DNA from: Camelus ferus
Taxonomy: Eukaryota
Assembly: GCF_009834535.1 (NCBI RefSeq)
Contig: NC_045707.1
Location: 51,276,001-51,340,000, forward strand
Direction: 5' to 3'
Length of the DNA: 64,000 bases
Shown here one piece after another: positions 26,195 through 37,510 of this stretch. The position numbers were made by a program, and so were the translations under genes. Numbering within the stretch: position 1 is the stretch's first letter; each line of letters starts with the position of its first letter. The notes beneath the pieces are model-generated. The model was not told where the DNA came from. It saw only the letters and a program-made list of their open reading frames with translations, and did no database searches.

Positions 26195-26808
26195 ACATTT
26201 AAAAAATTTTAATTTTTTAAAAAGATTATTAAAAAAAGTATCATTTAATTTCATTTATACCTCCTATTCTCCACACACATTCTTATTGGGTTATTTAATT
26301 CATTCATTCATTTTTAATTGAAAAAATTATTTTATTTTATTTATTTTTATTTATTATATTATGAGTTTCACGTAGATAGCATTATATATCTACTTCTGTT
26401 ATAACCTACAACGTGCTCACCATCAAAAATTTATTCTTTATTCATCACTTTAAAGTGGCTCCTCTTTACCCATTTTGTCCTCTCCCACCCCTCTCTGCCC
26501 TTTCCCCTTCGGTAACCATGACTCTGTTCTCTGTGCCTATGTTTTTGTTTTCTTTTGGCTTGTTCGTTTGTTTTGTTTCAGCTTGTTTATTTATCAGTTT
26601 TTTATATTCCACAAATGAGTCAAATACACAGTATTTGTGCACCTCTTAGTTTAATACCTTCAAGGTCCATCCATGTTGTCACAAATGGCAAGATTTCATT
26701 TTTCATGATGACTGAGCAGTGTTCCATTGTATATATGTATATACTACATAATCTTTATCCATTCATGTGTTGATGGGCATTTAGGTTGTTTCCATATCTT
26801 GGCTATTG
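26195..26808 (-). mobile_element. Nested younger L1 3' end (laurasiatherian type) with extra AT-rich sequence beyond the tail
   Basis: ccccttcggtaacc...tccacaaatgagt...ggtccatccatgttgtcacaaatggcaagatttc; it interrupts the host L1 at a ttcttttt target. Confidence 0.75.
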
Positions 26809-27194
26809 CTTTCTTTTTTTAGTATTAAAGAATATTTTACTAAGTTAATATATCACAAATTTACCATAATTTGTTTATTATTATCCATTAAGTTTTCCCC
26901 CATTTTTGGCAATTATGAAGAAAATTGCAGTAAACATTCTCATAGAAGGCTTTTGGGGACATATGTTTTCATTTGTCTTTGGTATATACATAGGAAGGGG
27001 ATAACGGAGTCACAGGGTAGGTGTATGTTTACTTTATAGAAAATGCCAAATGATTTTCCAAAGTAGTTGTTCCATTTCATCCTTCGACTGGCAACGTAGG
27101 AGAGCTTCAGTTGCTCCTTGCCATCATTTGGTTTTGACAGCCATTTTAAATTTAGCTGTTTTAATGTGTGAAGAGGTATTTTCACTCAGTGATT

Positions 27195-27401
27195 TTTCCA
27201 TATTTTACTTTATTTCTTTATTAAAGTATCATTGATGTACAATATTATGTAAGTTACAGATGTACAATATAGTGATTCACAATTTTTAAAGGTTATACTC
27301 CATTTAAAAATATTTGCTATATTTCTTATGTTGTACAATATGTAGCTTATTTTATGTAGCTTATTTTATACCTAATAGTTTGTACCTCTTAATCCCCTAC
27401 T
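27195..27401 (-). mobile_element. Nested artiodactyl-type L1 3' terminal fragment
   Basis: gatgtacaatatagtgattcacaatttttaaaggttatactccatt...tagtttgtacctcttaatcccct; the host L1 resumes at ttttaatttacatctct. Confidence 0.75.
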
Positions 27402-27439
27402 CTTTTAATTTACATCTCTCTGTTGGCTAATGATGGACA

Positions 27440-27700
27440 GTATTCTTGATCCAGATAGGTTTGGTTTATTCTTTATTAGAGCTGATCTATTTCGGTTTTG
27501 TTCTCTGTCCTAGTGTGTGATCCTTACACTAGGCTTTGAGCCTTTCTTCTAAAACAGCCTTCCAGAGATCTCAGTTGAATGCCCAAAGTACTTTGTGAAA
27601 GTTCTTTATTCTTGCTTGGCTGGAGCTATAATATTTTCCAATAATGTATGAGCTGTAGTATCTCTATTCAGTTAACAACCCTGTAACAGATACTCTCTCA
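27440..27700 (-). mobile_element. Old L1 5' fragment
   Basis: tagtgtgtgatccttac...gatctcagttgaatgccc...ttgcttggctggag. Confidence 0.45.
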
Positions 27701-28563
27701 AATTTCACCATCCAGAAAAAAAAATCACAAATGTAAGATGTACTTCTTATAGATAACATTTTCTCTCTTTGTGTGTCTCTATATTTCTTTTGATTCATCA
27801 AATGTGGGTTCTCTCTTAAGCTTTTGTATATATTTTTCTAATACGTCCATCCTGTTACTTCTTGTAGATGGTTTGCTCTTTCTGCTTAAATGCCTGAAGA
27901 ATGATTTCTTTAAAATGAACAGATATGCTAAATAATTTTAATGCTCTTTTTATTCATCATTCTAGGTTTTATTATTCTAAGTTGGGAAAAAGCTTTGTTC
28001 AAATTAAAGAAAAACCTATTTCAAGAAACTTTGTTTTAATTACATATACTACTGGGGGAAAGTTTAAATAAATCTTATGAATAAAATGAGGTATCACACA
28101 CTATTCTAGTCTTGAGTATCACCATGCTTCTAACGTGTGTAATTAGAAATTCCATTTTATTACTTTCTTTTAATTGATAACTACTAGAATTTTGACAATC
28201 TTCCTTAACACCATTTTCCATATTAAATAGTCAGTCTGGTAGTCATTAGGTACATAAAACATCGTGATAATTATTAGAATTTTTTCCAACCTTCAAATAA
28301 ATTGGCCCGGACAGATAGAGATGTAATGTTCATCCATGGTCATTCATATCAGTTCACCCACACAATTTTACATTGAGAAGTGCCACAGGCTCCTGGTCCT
28401 GTCTTGCAATCACATCCACAAATATACTTTGGAATTGGTTTTAGTAGTTTAATTTTTCTTACTGTTAACATTCTTTTTACCAAGATTCTCATGGGAACTT
28501 CTTACTTTTGGCCTGATAAAAAATCCATTTCCACTTGCTGCAACCAGTTTTAATTTACATAGA

Positions 28564-28619
28564 TTTACTAAAAATATATGAAACAAAGATGTTTACTAAA
28601 AATACATGAAACAAAGATG
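28564..28619. repeat. 28-bp tandem duplication (2 copies, 1 mismatch)
   Basis: tttactaaaaataYatgaaacaaagatg x2. Confidence 0.9.
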
Positions 28620-29249
28620 TTAAGTCTGTGTGTCTTTACTGAGTTTGTATTTGCTAATTCAAAATTTAGGAGAATTCCATTAATGCATCCAAGAATTACT
28701 TGTTGTATTGTAAACCAATTTATATCTATACCATGGGCCTTTCTTTGTGTTCTTCCATTTAAATGACTCCCAGCTCTTTTATTTCTCTAATGATTTAGAG
28801 GTTAGTAATTTCACTGAAACAGAATTCAACCAAGGGAAGTGTGAAAGGAAGTCTCCAAGACTCTAGATACTTTTGATGCTTTTTTACATGTAAGTTACTA
28901 AAAGAAAGAGAGTCATTGAAAATGCAATTTTCAGGAGATATTTTTGAGAGTATGCTGGTGATTACCTGAGTAGGATGATGAGGATTAGAAAGAACAGCAA
29001 CAGTTTAAATGCTTTTCTTTTATTCTTTGTCAGGAGAATTGTTAGATATAGAATGCTAGAGAGTCTCAACAGAAAAATGGGAACGAAGATAATGATTACT
29101 GATTTATACAGTAGCAAGGGCTCAAAATATGAAATAGAAAAATAAAGATGAAGGGAAGGATGGAATTGCCTATTTGATGAAAGATAGTTTTTCAAATAAA
29201 GATTGGAAACTAAATAGAAGCCATAGGAACCAGTCATTTTATTGTTCTT

Positions 29250-29460
29250 TATTATTTTATAAACATTTTCACATCAATGTTTACATTGGATCCTCATGAT
29301 GATCCTATAAAACTAAGCTCAAGGTGTAATCTCATTTTGATAATTGAAATCTAAGGCCCAGAGAAGTTAAGAGATTTGTCCAAGTTCACATACTTTTAAT
29401 GTGGTAGGTAGAGCACAAGGATTGATGTTTTCTCCCCTTCTATCAGTGTTCCCTCACTGA
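29250..29460 (-). mobile_element. MIR SINE
   Basis: gatcctcatgatgatcct...aggcccagagaagttaagagatttgtccaagttcaca. Confidence 0.7.
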
Positions 29461-31269
29461 TCCAGTCACATGTATTTTCAAATGTTTAGAGACTCATGTT
29501 AAAACACAACTTTACTTGTCAGAACCTATAAGAATGAGTTTATCTAGATAATTAATTGTACCATATAGCAGAAAGGATAATTGGTTACTCTACATTTAAA
29601 TTTTCATGGTGAAATCGTGTAATTAAGTCTTTTTTTAATTTTAGTAACTGATAGTTATCATTTATGTTATTAGTTATTGTGAAGTGCCATAACTGTATAT
29701 ATAAGTATATTGAGATACTGGCCTAAATGACCTGCAGGTATAAAACATAACTGAAGTGATTTAAATTAAAAGAGCTGGTATAACATTGCCAATTATAGAA
29801 GGTCACGACTACAAAACATACAAATGAATGTGAAACAGATCCATTGGCATTTGCTTATATTGCCTTTTCCCATTGATGACAATTGCCCATTTTCCTTTTT
29901 AAATAACAATCTAATGTTTCTTCTACTTGTATCTCAAAAGAGATATTTTAGTGTAAATGCCTAGACGCTACTCCTTGTCAATTAATTCATGCTTTGCATC
30001 TTTTGAACAAAAGTTCTAGGCAGAATACAAAAGCCAAAATAAAAGCTTCTTGTTTCCCCCTCATGGGATGATATGAACCAGCTGCAAGGAATGGACTGGC
30101 ACTACATTGTCAGACTTTGCTCCCAGAGAGGTGAGATTCTGGGAGTCAGCTTGGTCCACAGAAGTAGTATTCTATTTTTAAATTTAAAGTAAGGAGGATT
30201 CCATGCAGTTATTTTCATAGAAATGTTGGGTAGACATTGTGTGTAGTGGTGTGTGGTAAAGAGGAGAGATAGTCATCCTTGAGAGAAATCCAAGTTTGAA
30301 CATGGTTCTTCTTGACCAATCTGTATTGTCAAGAGATGAGTTCTCTTGCTTTGAGTAGGGAGTCAGAGTGAACCTTGGAGCAATCAAAAACTGGGGATAA
30401 TTGCACTGAGCCAGAAAAGGAGAAACAGGATGAGAAAATTCTGGAGAGGCTAACATGGGTATACTTGTAAGTGGTTATCTTGTGGGTTATCTTGTGGCTT
30501 TTGTGGGTTAGGCTAGCCAGATTTTTAGAAATGGATTAGGATGGGTTAGACAGGACACCTTGAAGGTCCTAGTGGTCTGGGTTTGTGGAAGCTGATATTT
30601 TACAACAGTAGTTTAAAGGTGTGTATATATCATGATGTGTGCTATTCATGTCAGAAATTCATGAATAGCCAAATGCTTTATCCTTACTTGTAGCTATGTG
30701 CTTAGGAAAATATTCAGATTATTTGTTCTCTCTATGTCAAGAATCTCATTTATTTGGCTACTTTGAAAGTTTATATTTAGTTATTTGTTTATTTTAATTT
30801 AGTTAAATGCTATATTTAGATATGACCAGAATCTGTCTCAGAGATATCAATATGCTCTTGCATTTTTACAAGATAATTAATGATCTTTGTTAAATATTGG
30901 AGGGCATCCATGTTTACATTTGTTTTAAAAATTCAGTCACTCAGTGTGAATTGAACTTGCATCATCTTGTAACAAAAATGTAAAATTTAGCAAGGAAAGA
31001 TAAATTTATGTTTGCATGATTAGTGTCCTAGGTAACCTTGGTAGACATGCTCTGATTTCCACACAGAAATGCTTCAGTTGTGTTTATAAGACAAAATTTG
31101 ATACGGTAACCCGTTTTGTAGCAAACCTTTTACATCTATGCTGTAGTTGTGATTTAAGCATATACCTATTGAAAGATGTGTTTTCTCCCAAATTTCCATT
31201 ATTTACCAAGTGAGGAGATTAATTTCCTAACAGAAGGATAACGAGGATGAACTCTTAAGATTTTTAATT

Positions 31270-31455
31270 GCTGATATTCTAGAAGACCGTTGCTTGCTAT
31301 TATGCTCATGATATCTGGATTCTAGTCCCCAGACTCTAACTTCAATTATGTGGCTAGTGATGTGAGCAACTATGTCAATTTCTAATTCTCTGTGTATTCA
31401 CAGGAAGGGGTAAGATTTGTCCAAGGTGTCTGCAATGGTCCTAATATCCTGAAAG
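31270..31455 (+). mobile_element. MIR3-like fragment
   Basis: atctggattctagtcccagactct...atgtggctagtg. Confidence 0.4.
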
Positions 31456-34424
31456 CTCATCTTCCTGTGAGCTTCCTTATTGGCACAGTGTTTCTCCCTG
31501 TGCTTTTTACCCACTCAAATGGAAAAATATTGATTTTCTTTAAAAAAATTTAGGGCAATAACTTCAGTAATTAGAACATATATACATATAATTATAAGTG
31601 TGTCATATATGCTTAATACTATAGGCAAATAAGAAATGAATGTAATAATCACATAATAAGATTAAGTTTTTAAAACTTTTAGAGTGTATTTGTCAATCTT
31701 TCCTTGTCTACCTTTAAATTTCCTACTGCAGAAATGGAAAAAAATATATTCCTGTATTTCAGTGCTAAGAATATTACTAGTTCCTTTTCCACTCCTCATC
31801 CAACTTTAAAGTGAGATTTCTTATTATCCTGAAAAGTATTTTTTAAAACTCTCGTATTTCATGAAATCTGCCAAGGCATTCTCAGATGGTATGTTCTTTT
31901 TCTGAAGACATCTACTGAGGACATAACAGAATTGTTCACCTATCAAAAAAGAAGCTTCAACTAATATGAATATTAAAATCTACTTCAGCAAATCTACTAA
32001 ATATTTTTTGTCTTTGAGGTTTAGCTGGAATTACCATTTTTGGTAAGAATTCAAAAGATAGTTTTAAAATACTAGCATAAGGCACATCATTTACTTCATT
32101 TAAAATGTATGGTAACAAGAAAACAGATTGTCATAGTATTAGTCAAATCTCAGAGGGAAATAACTCTTTTTATTGTAGATTTTACATCACTGTTTTATGG
32201 TTTTTAATTGCCATTCTGCAGATTAAGAGCAGGTAAACACCATGAAATATAATGTTTGATGGTTTGCATTTGAATTTTAATGCATTGAAAAGGCGGTACA
32301 AAAGGGTTTCACATCAATAATAGCAGCGTAATAGATTGGGTACCTAGGCTAGCCACATAGTATGAAGTAGTAAATGCTAATAATAGCACATCATATTTAA
32401 CATTGGCTAATGTTAACATTGCTGGTTGTGCTCAGAGCTCTGGGAAAATCAGCTCTTATTCTTTATTTCCTCATAATTACATTTGGAAGTTTGAATATAA
32501 TTTAAATGGTAGGTGTTCTATTAGTTGCCTAAGAGTGCCATAGAGGAAATAAAAATCAGATGATATAGATAGGTTAGAAATTAAACAGCATAGTTGTTTT
32601 TTTTTGTTTTTTTTTTTTTTTTACTGTCTGATGTCCCTTAATTCCAAAGAATACTTAATTGACTTGATAAAACAGTATGAATTCAAAGTGACATGATTGG
32701 ATAAGGTATGAGAAGAAATAAAATTTTAAGTGTTATCTTTGGTTAACCTACAAGGACATTTTAGAGAGCTAGCTCCAAAAAAATTAAAAAAAAAAATTGC
32801 TTTGTTTTATTTGAAAAATTTTCCCTGTACTATAAGCTCTAGGAGGGAAGTTACTGTGGGTGCCTTCTTCATGGCTTATCTTCAGTAAAGGTGTACAGAA
32901 GTCACTCAAACATATTTGCATTTACTCCTATCATATAATCCTGTAAATCTGCAAACTAGGAGCTGGATGAGTCATATTTTTTAACATTATCATCCCAGTC
33001 ACTGTCATTAGGATCATGAGATTAAATAAAAAATAGTTTAGTGGGAATATGAGACATATAATCAAGTAGGCAATATACAAACTCATTACACAAAAATCAG
33101 AGATAAAGGCTCACAGTGTAAAACAAATATAAGAGTATATTTTGTGCATAATGTAGAAAGAAAATCTTTTTAGAGGAAACACAGACTTCCTGAAAAATAT
33201 TTATACAGGAGTTATAAAAAAAATTAAACTATATTAAATGGTAAAAAGAATGCCCAGCATGTACTTGAGTGAAATATTGGGAAAAATAGAAGAACAGCTG
33301 ATTTTTGTGAAAATTGGAGAAAACTCAAGTCACCTAGTTATGTGAATTATATAAAGAAAATTAGGATTGATTCTTGTCTCCATATTTCAAAACAAGAAAG
33401 GACTGTATTTCATAGAGAGATCAGAAGGCTGATCTCTCTCTCTCTTATGGCTACTCATTTTAATGCTCTGATTTCACTTGATAGCTATCATGGCAAATAA
33501 TAATTTCGGTCTATTTCAGTCTAGATATTGTAATGTTAAAACAAACTACACTATTAGGGAAATCATGTGGGCTTGGTGAAAATATGAGCATGGAAATTCT
33601 AGCTATCATGGTATGATGACACTATAACTAGTTATTATGGATTTCAGAATTACACATACATCCATTTGGGTACATTAAAATGACATATTTGATTGTAATT
33701 CTCAATACAGAACACATACATCAACCCTTGCCCATCACAGGACATTGCTGAAGTGAATTAGACCCTTAGAATTACTATATAAATGGCTGTCATGGCAGTA
33801 CTTCAGAGAGAATGCCTGGGTATAGTTCAGTATTGCAATAGACCATTCTAGTGATTTTTCTTCCACATAACTAATATAATGCTACAAAAGCTCAGATGCT
33901 GACATTGATAGAAATGAGTTTGAAATAAGATGCAGTGAAGACCAGTAAGCATGCTTCAAAGGTGGTTGGATTTGCAAAGTGGAGCAAAACATAAATGTCA
34001 ATAAATCGGTATAATAGAAATTGCAGTGTTTTGTGGTTTCTTTCTGCTTCATTGCAAATATTAAGGGAAAAAGTATTCCTAGAAAGGCAAAATACTCTGG
34101 AAACATTCTGGAAATGACATGATTTAATCTATTGTTAGAAGATTGCAAATTTAGTAGAAAATAAAGTATTCTTCATAAGAACAAAGATGGTATCTTAAAG
34201 GGTGTCTAATATATCTTTAAAAGAAGTAATAATTCAAGCACTTCACTTCTACCTTCCTATTGACCTGACTTTTATTACAGCCTACTTCTGGCATCCCATT
34301 TAGCTATTTGTGAAATTGCTAAATAGTGACCTTGGCATAGAAATTCTGACATTCTTAAAAGTGTTTTACTGTAACTTTAACCACTAACTCAATATACCTT
34401 AACCTCTTTCACTAGTGAAACAGT

Positions 34425-34450
<26 letters not shown>
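34425..34450. repeat. poly(A) tract
   Basis: Seen directly. Confidence 0.95.
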
Positions 34451-34455
<5 letters not shown>

Positions 34456-34804
34456 GAAAATGTGCGGACCATTAGTACTATTCTAGTTGTTCTCAGCTTC
34501 CCTGGAGACTTCAAATTCTACATGAATTTCCGGAGTTCTAGAGCAAATACTTTAATAGAATATTAACACAAAGGGAACAGACCAATCCTTTGGTCGATGA
34601 TTAAATGGTATCCTCTCAAGTTTAAGCGATGCACTTGTCATATATATTATGACTGTTTCCTCGAGATGAATATCTTGAATGGTTAAAATAAGATCAGGCC
34701 TCTCCAAGGAGTTGATGTGAGTGTTTGTAGATCTGCCTGTGTTTGTAGATCAGAAACAAAGGGGAAGTGATGGAATTTTCTACCTATCACCTTGTTTTGA
34801 AGGT

Positions 34805-35253
34805 TGTATATTTATATCCTAGGGCTGGCATAGCATTACCACAAATTTGTTGGATTAAAATGATAGAAATTGATTCTCTCACAGTTCTGGAGGCTGGAAG
34901 TCTGAAATCAATGTGTTGCCAAGAGGCTAGAGGCTCTGAGGAAAAATCTGTTCCATGCCTAGTTTCTGGTGGTTGCTGGCAACCCACTGCATTCATTGAC
35001 TGGTAGATGCATCACTCCAATCATCACTCTAATCTCCATCTCTGTTTTCAAATGGCATTCTCTTGAAGTGTCTCTCTGTGCCTTCAAATTACCTTCTTAT
35101 AAGGATACTAGTTGTTGAATTTAGGGCCCATTCTAATCCAGCATGACCTCATCTTAAATAATTACATCTGCAAAGACTCCTTTTCTTAATGAGGTCTCAT
35201 TCTGAGGTTTCTGGTGGACATTAATTTGAGGAAACATTATTCAATCTAGCACA
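34805..35253 (-). mobile_element. MaLR solo LTR (MLT1B/C-like)
   Basis: tctcacagttctggaggctggaagtc...ttcttataaggatac...atgacctcatctt...ttacatctgcaaagac. Confidence 0.85.
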
Positions 35254-35299
35254 GAGAAGGATAGCTTTAGGTCAAATCTGTCTTACTGTGATGGAGTTT

Positions 35300-35661
35300 T
35301 GAGGTGGGCATTATTAGTGTTCACCAGTTCTCCTCACCTTTTTGCACTTATGAAAAACAACATTTCCCAGTCACTTTGCACTGGATGGGGCTATGTGACT
35401 GGTCTCTCCCAATATCCTGTGACTGGGAATGATAGGAATTACTTTGGGGCTTAATAACGTAAGAGCTGGTGTGGTAGTTTCCATGTTCACTTCTATTCTG
35501 GTGAAGCCTGTAAATGACAGTTGAGAAGCAAATGCCATGACATCAAGGTTGCCTGGGTAGTGGACCTTACCTGAGTGAGAAATAAACTTGTTATATTATA
35601 CCACTGTGATTTTGGTGGTACTTGTCACCAAAACAAAATATACACAATTTTGATTAATATA
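35300..35661 (+). mobile_element. MaLR solo LTR (MLT1H/I-like)
   Basis: catttcccagtcactttgca...ggggctatgtgactgg...gtgagaaataaactt...tgattaatata. Confidence 0.7.
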
Positions 35662-36894
35662 AATTTCCTTAACTTCCAAAATATCTTTGAATACAAGCAT
35701 ATAGATCACAAATTAATCAGTAATCTGAACTTGAAACATATATAGTCTTAATGCAAAGTTTTTACTTGACATTAAAATTTCTTCTTCTTTCCTGGAAAAT
35801 TAAATTCCATTCAAAATTATTTGCTGAATACATTTATATTGAGGACTACCCACTCATACATATTTAGAAAATATTTGATTTATGTTACCATTGGCACTCT
35901 GCAATATGGGCAAATAAAGCCAGAGATTGGTGCTAAACTCATAAAAAAGCTATTTGTGCTAAGAGAGTTATGACATATATTTTTGTCATATAACTGTTAT
36001 AAAATTCCCAGTGGTACCATATTGGCAGGAAATAAGACTTAAAAAATGTTGTTTCTGTATCAAAAAAAAAAAAAAAAATGTTGAGCTGTGCCTTAAACCC
36101 TAGAACTTAGCTTCCAAAGAAAAACTTTTACTTTTGAAAATAAAATGGTAATCTATAGACAATCTTATATTGGCTGCAAAGAATGCTGGGACATTTCAGA
36201 CATATGTTCAACTTCCAACTCCGTAATGAGTTTATTTTGAATCTATTTATATATAGTTCATTTGAAGGGCAAAAACAAGAAGTTACATACAAATGGCAGG
36301 GGTCCAAAGCTGATGTCAGTTAAGCAATGATTTTATGTGTAATACAACCCCCTACTGGGATGTCTAGAATTTATTCTAGAATGTTACATAAAAACTCAGC
36401 ACTAAAAGACAATGAGAAAACTAATATAAAATGAAAAGAATTACATGTGTTCCTCAATAAGATCACACTAGAAAATACTTCAGAGGTGGAAGGGCAATGT
36501 TCATTGACCTGAATATGCTGATTTATGGAACTGCTAAATTTGACACAGCATAGGAAATAGCCTGGACCCTCTATAAGGTTGGCTGGTTAAACAGCATTGT
36601 TACTGTGTCGCAAGGCAGATGTCAAGGGTGACCGTCTGCTCTCAAACACATTCTTTACCTCAAAGGTCCCTCAAAAAAATGCCTGTGGGCTTACTGGCAT
36701 AAGTGACCTGGAAAGGATCAAGGTCTCCTAGAGGCCTTAAAACCAATCTGGTTTCTTGACACCTCTCAAAATGAAGATGACCTTGAACGCAGTGAGATAT
36801 TGTGTTGCTTTAGCACAATCCCAGCTACTGTGGATTTGGAGAGCTCATGTGAGCCTACTTCATGTCATATCACAGTCCTGAAATTTAGCCCAAA

Positions 36895-37100
36895 TTGTAC
36901 TCATTCAGTAAGTATTTGCTGGCTATTTCCCATGTTCAAGACTTTTTCCAGAGTTGGGCAGGGTGCAATGATAAGTCATACAATCACACAAATGTCCTTA
37001 TACTCATGAGGCTTCAGTCAAAGAGGAAAAGAGGGCATTGTGTAAACAACCACATAGATAAAAATCGTAACTGTGATTTATGAAGTGCTTTTATGAAAGA
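36895..37100 (-). mobile_element. L2 3' fragment
   Basis: actcattcagtaagtatttg...tccttatactcatgaggcttcagtc. Confidence 0.6.
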
Positions 37101-37399
37101 TAGATACGATAAATTATGAAGTCCTTTCTATATCTCTTCACCTCACCTAAAGGAATTCATGCTGATGATGTTTTGGCAATTTGACCTGCAAATAAAGGAT
37201 CTTTACTTCCCTGTGTTTAGTCTGCCTTTTCCTGTCAACATACATAGTTATGACCCTCTGAAATTTTAACTACTACTATTGAGGGTTTGTTTTTTGTTAA
37301 AACCTGCTGTTTGTCCTGGCAAATGTGGGCTTTTTCAGAAGAAATGGAATTCAGGAACATCACCATATAATCCTCTCCCATCTCCAATTATATTTATTC

Positions 37400-37510
37400 C
37401 AAAGTGCTGGAGACATGGACCTATATGTCATGTATCTTTACATTCTTCACAGTATGGAGCTAAATGCTTGCCAATAGGAGGTACTGATAGGTGTTGGTTA
37501 AATGAGATAG
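37400..37510 (+). mobile_element. L2 3' terminus
   Basis: tcatgtatcttt...aggaggtactgataggtgttggttaaatga. Confidence 0.45.

Larger units (their letters stand above)
25880..27435 (-). mobile_element. Old L1 (L1MB/MC-like) 3' UTR plus ORF2 C-terminus, hosting two nested L1s
   Basis: Antisense 3' UTR. ORF 26940-27185 carries a decayed ORF2 tail (HLPCDSVIPFLCIYQRQMKTYV, cf. LPYDPAIPLLGIYP..MKT). Confidence 0.75.

Noticed and set aside
36614..36640. Short hairpins (gcagatgtca-aggg-tgaccgtctgc; also ~35967-35995)
   Set aside because: Stems are too short for a pre-miRNA and carry no ncRNA family signature.
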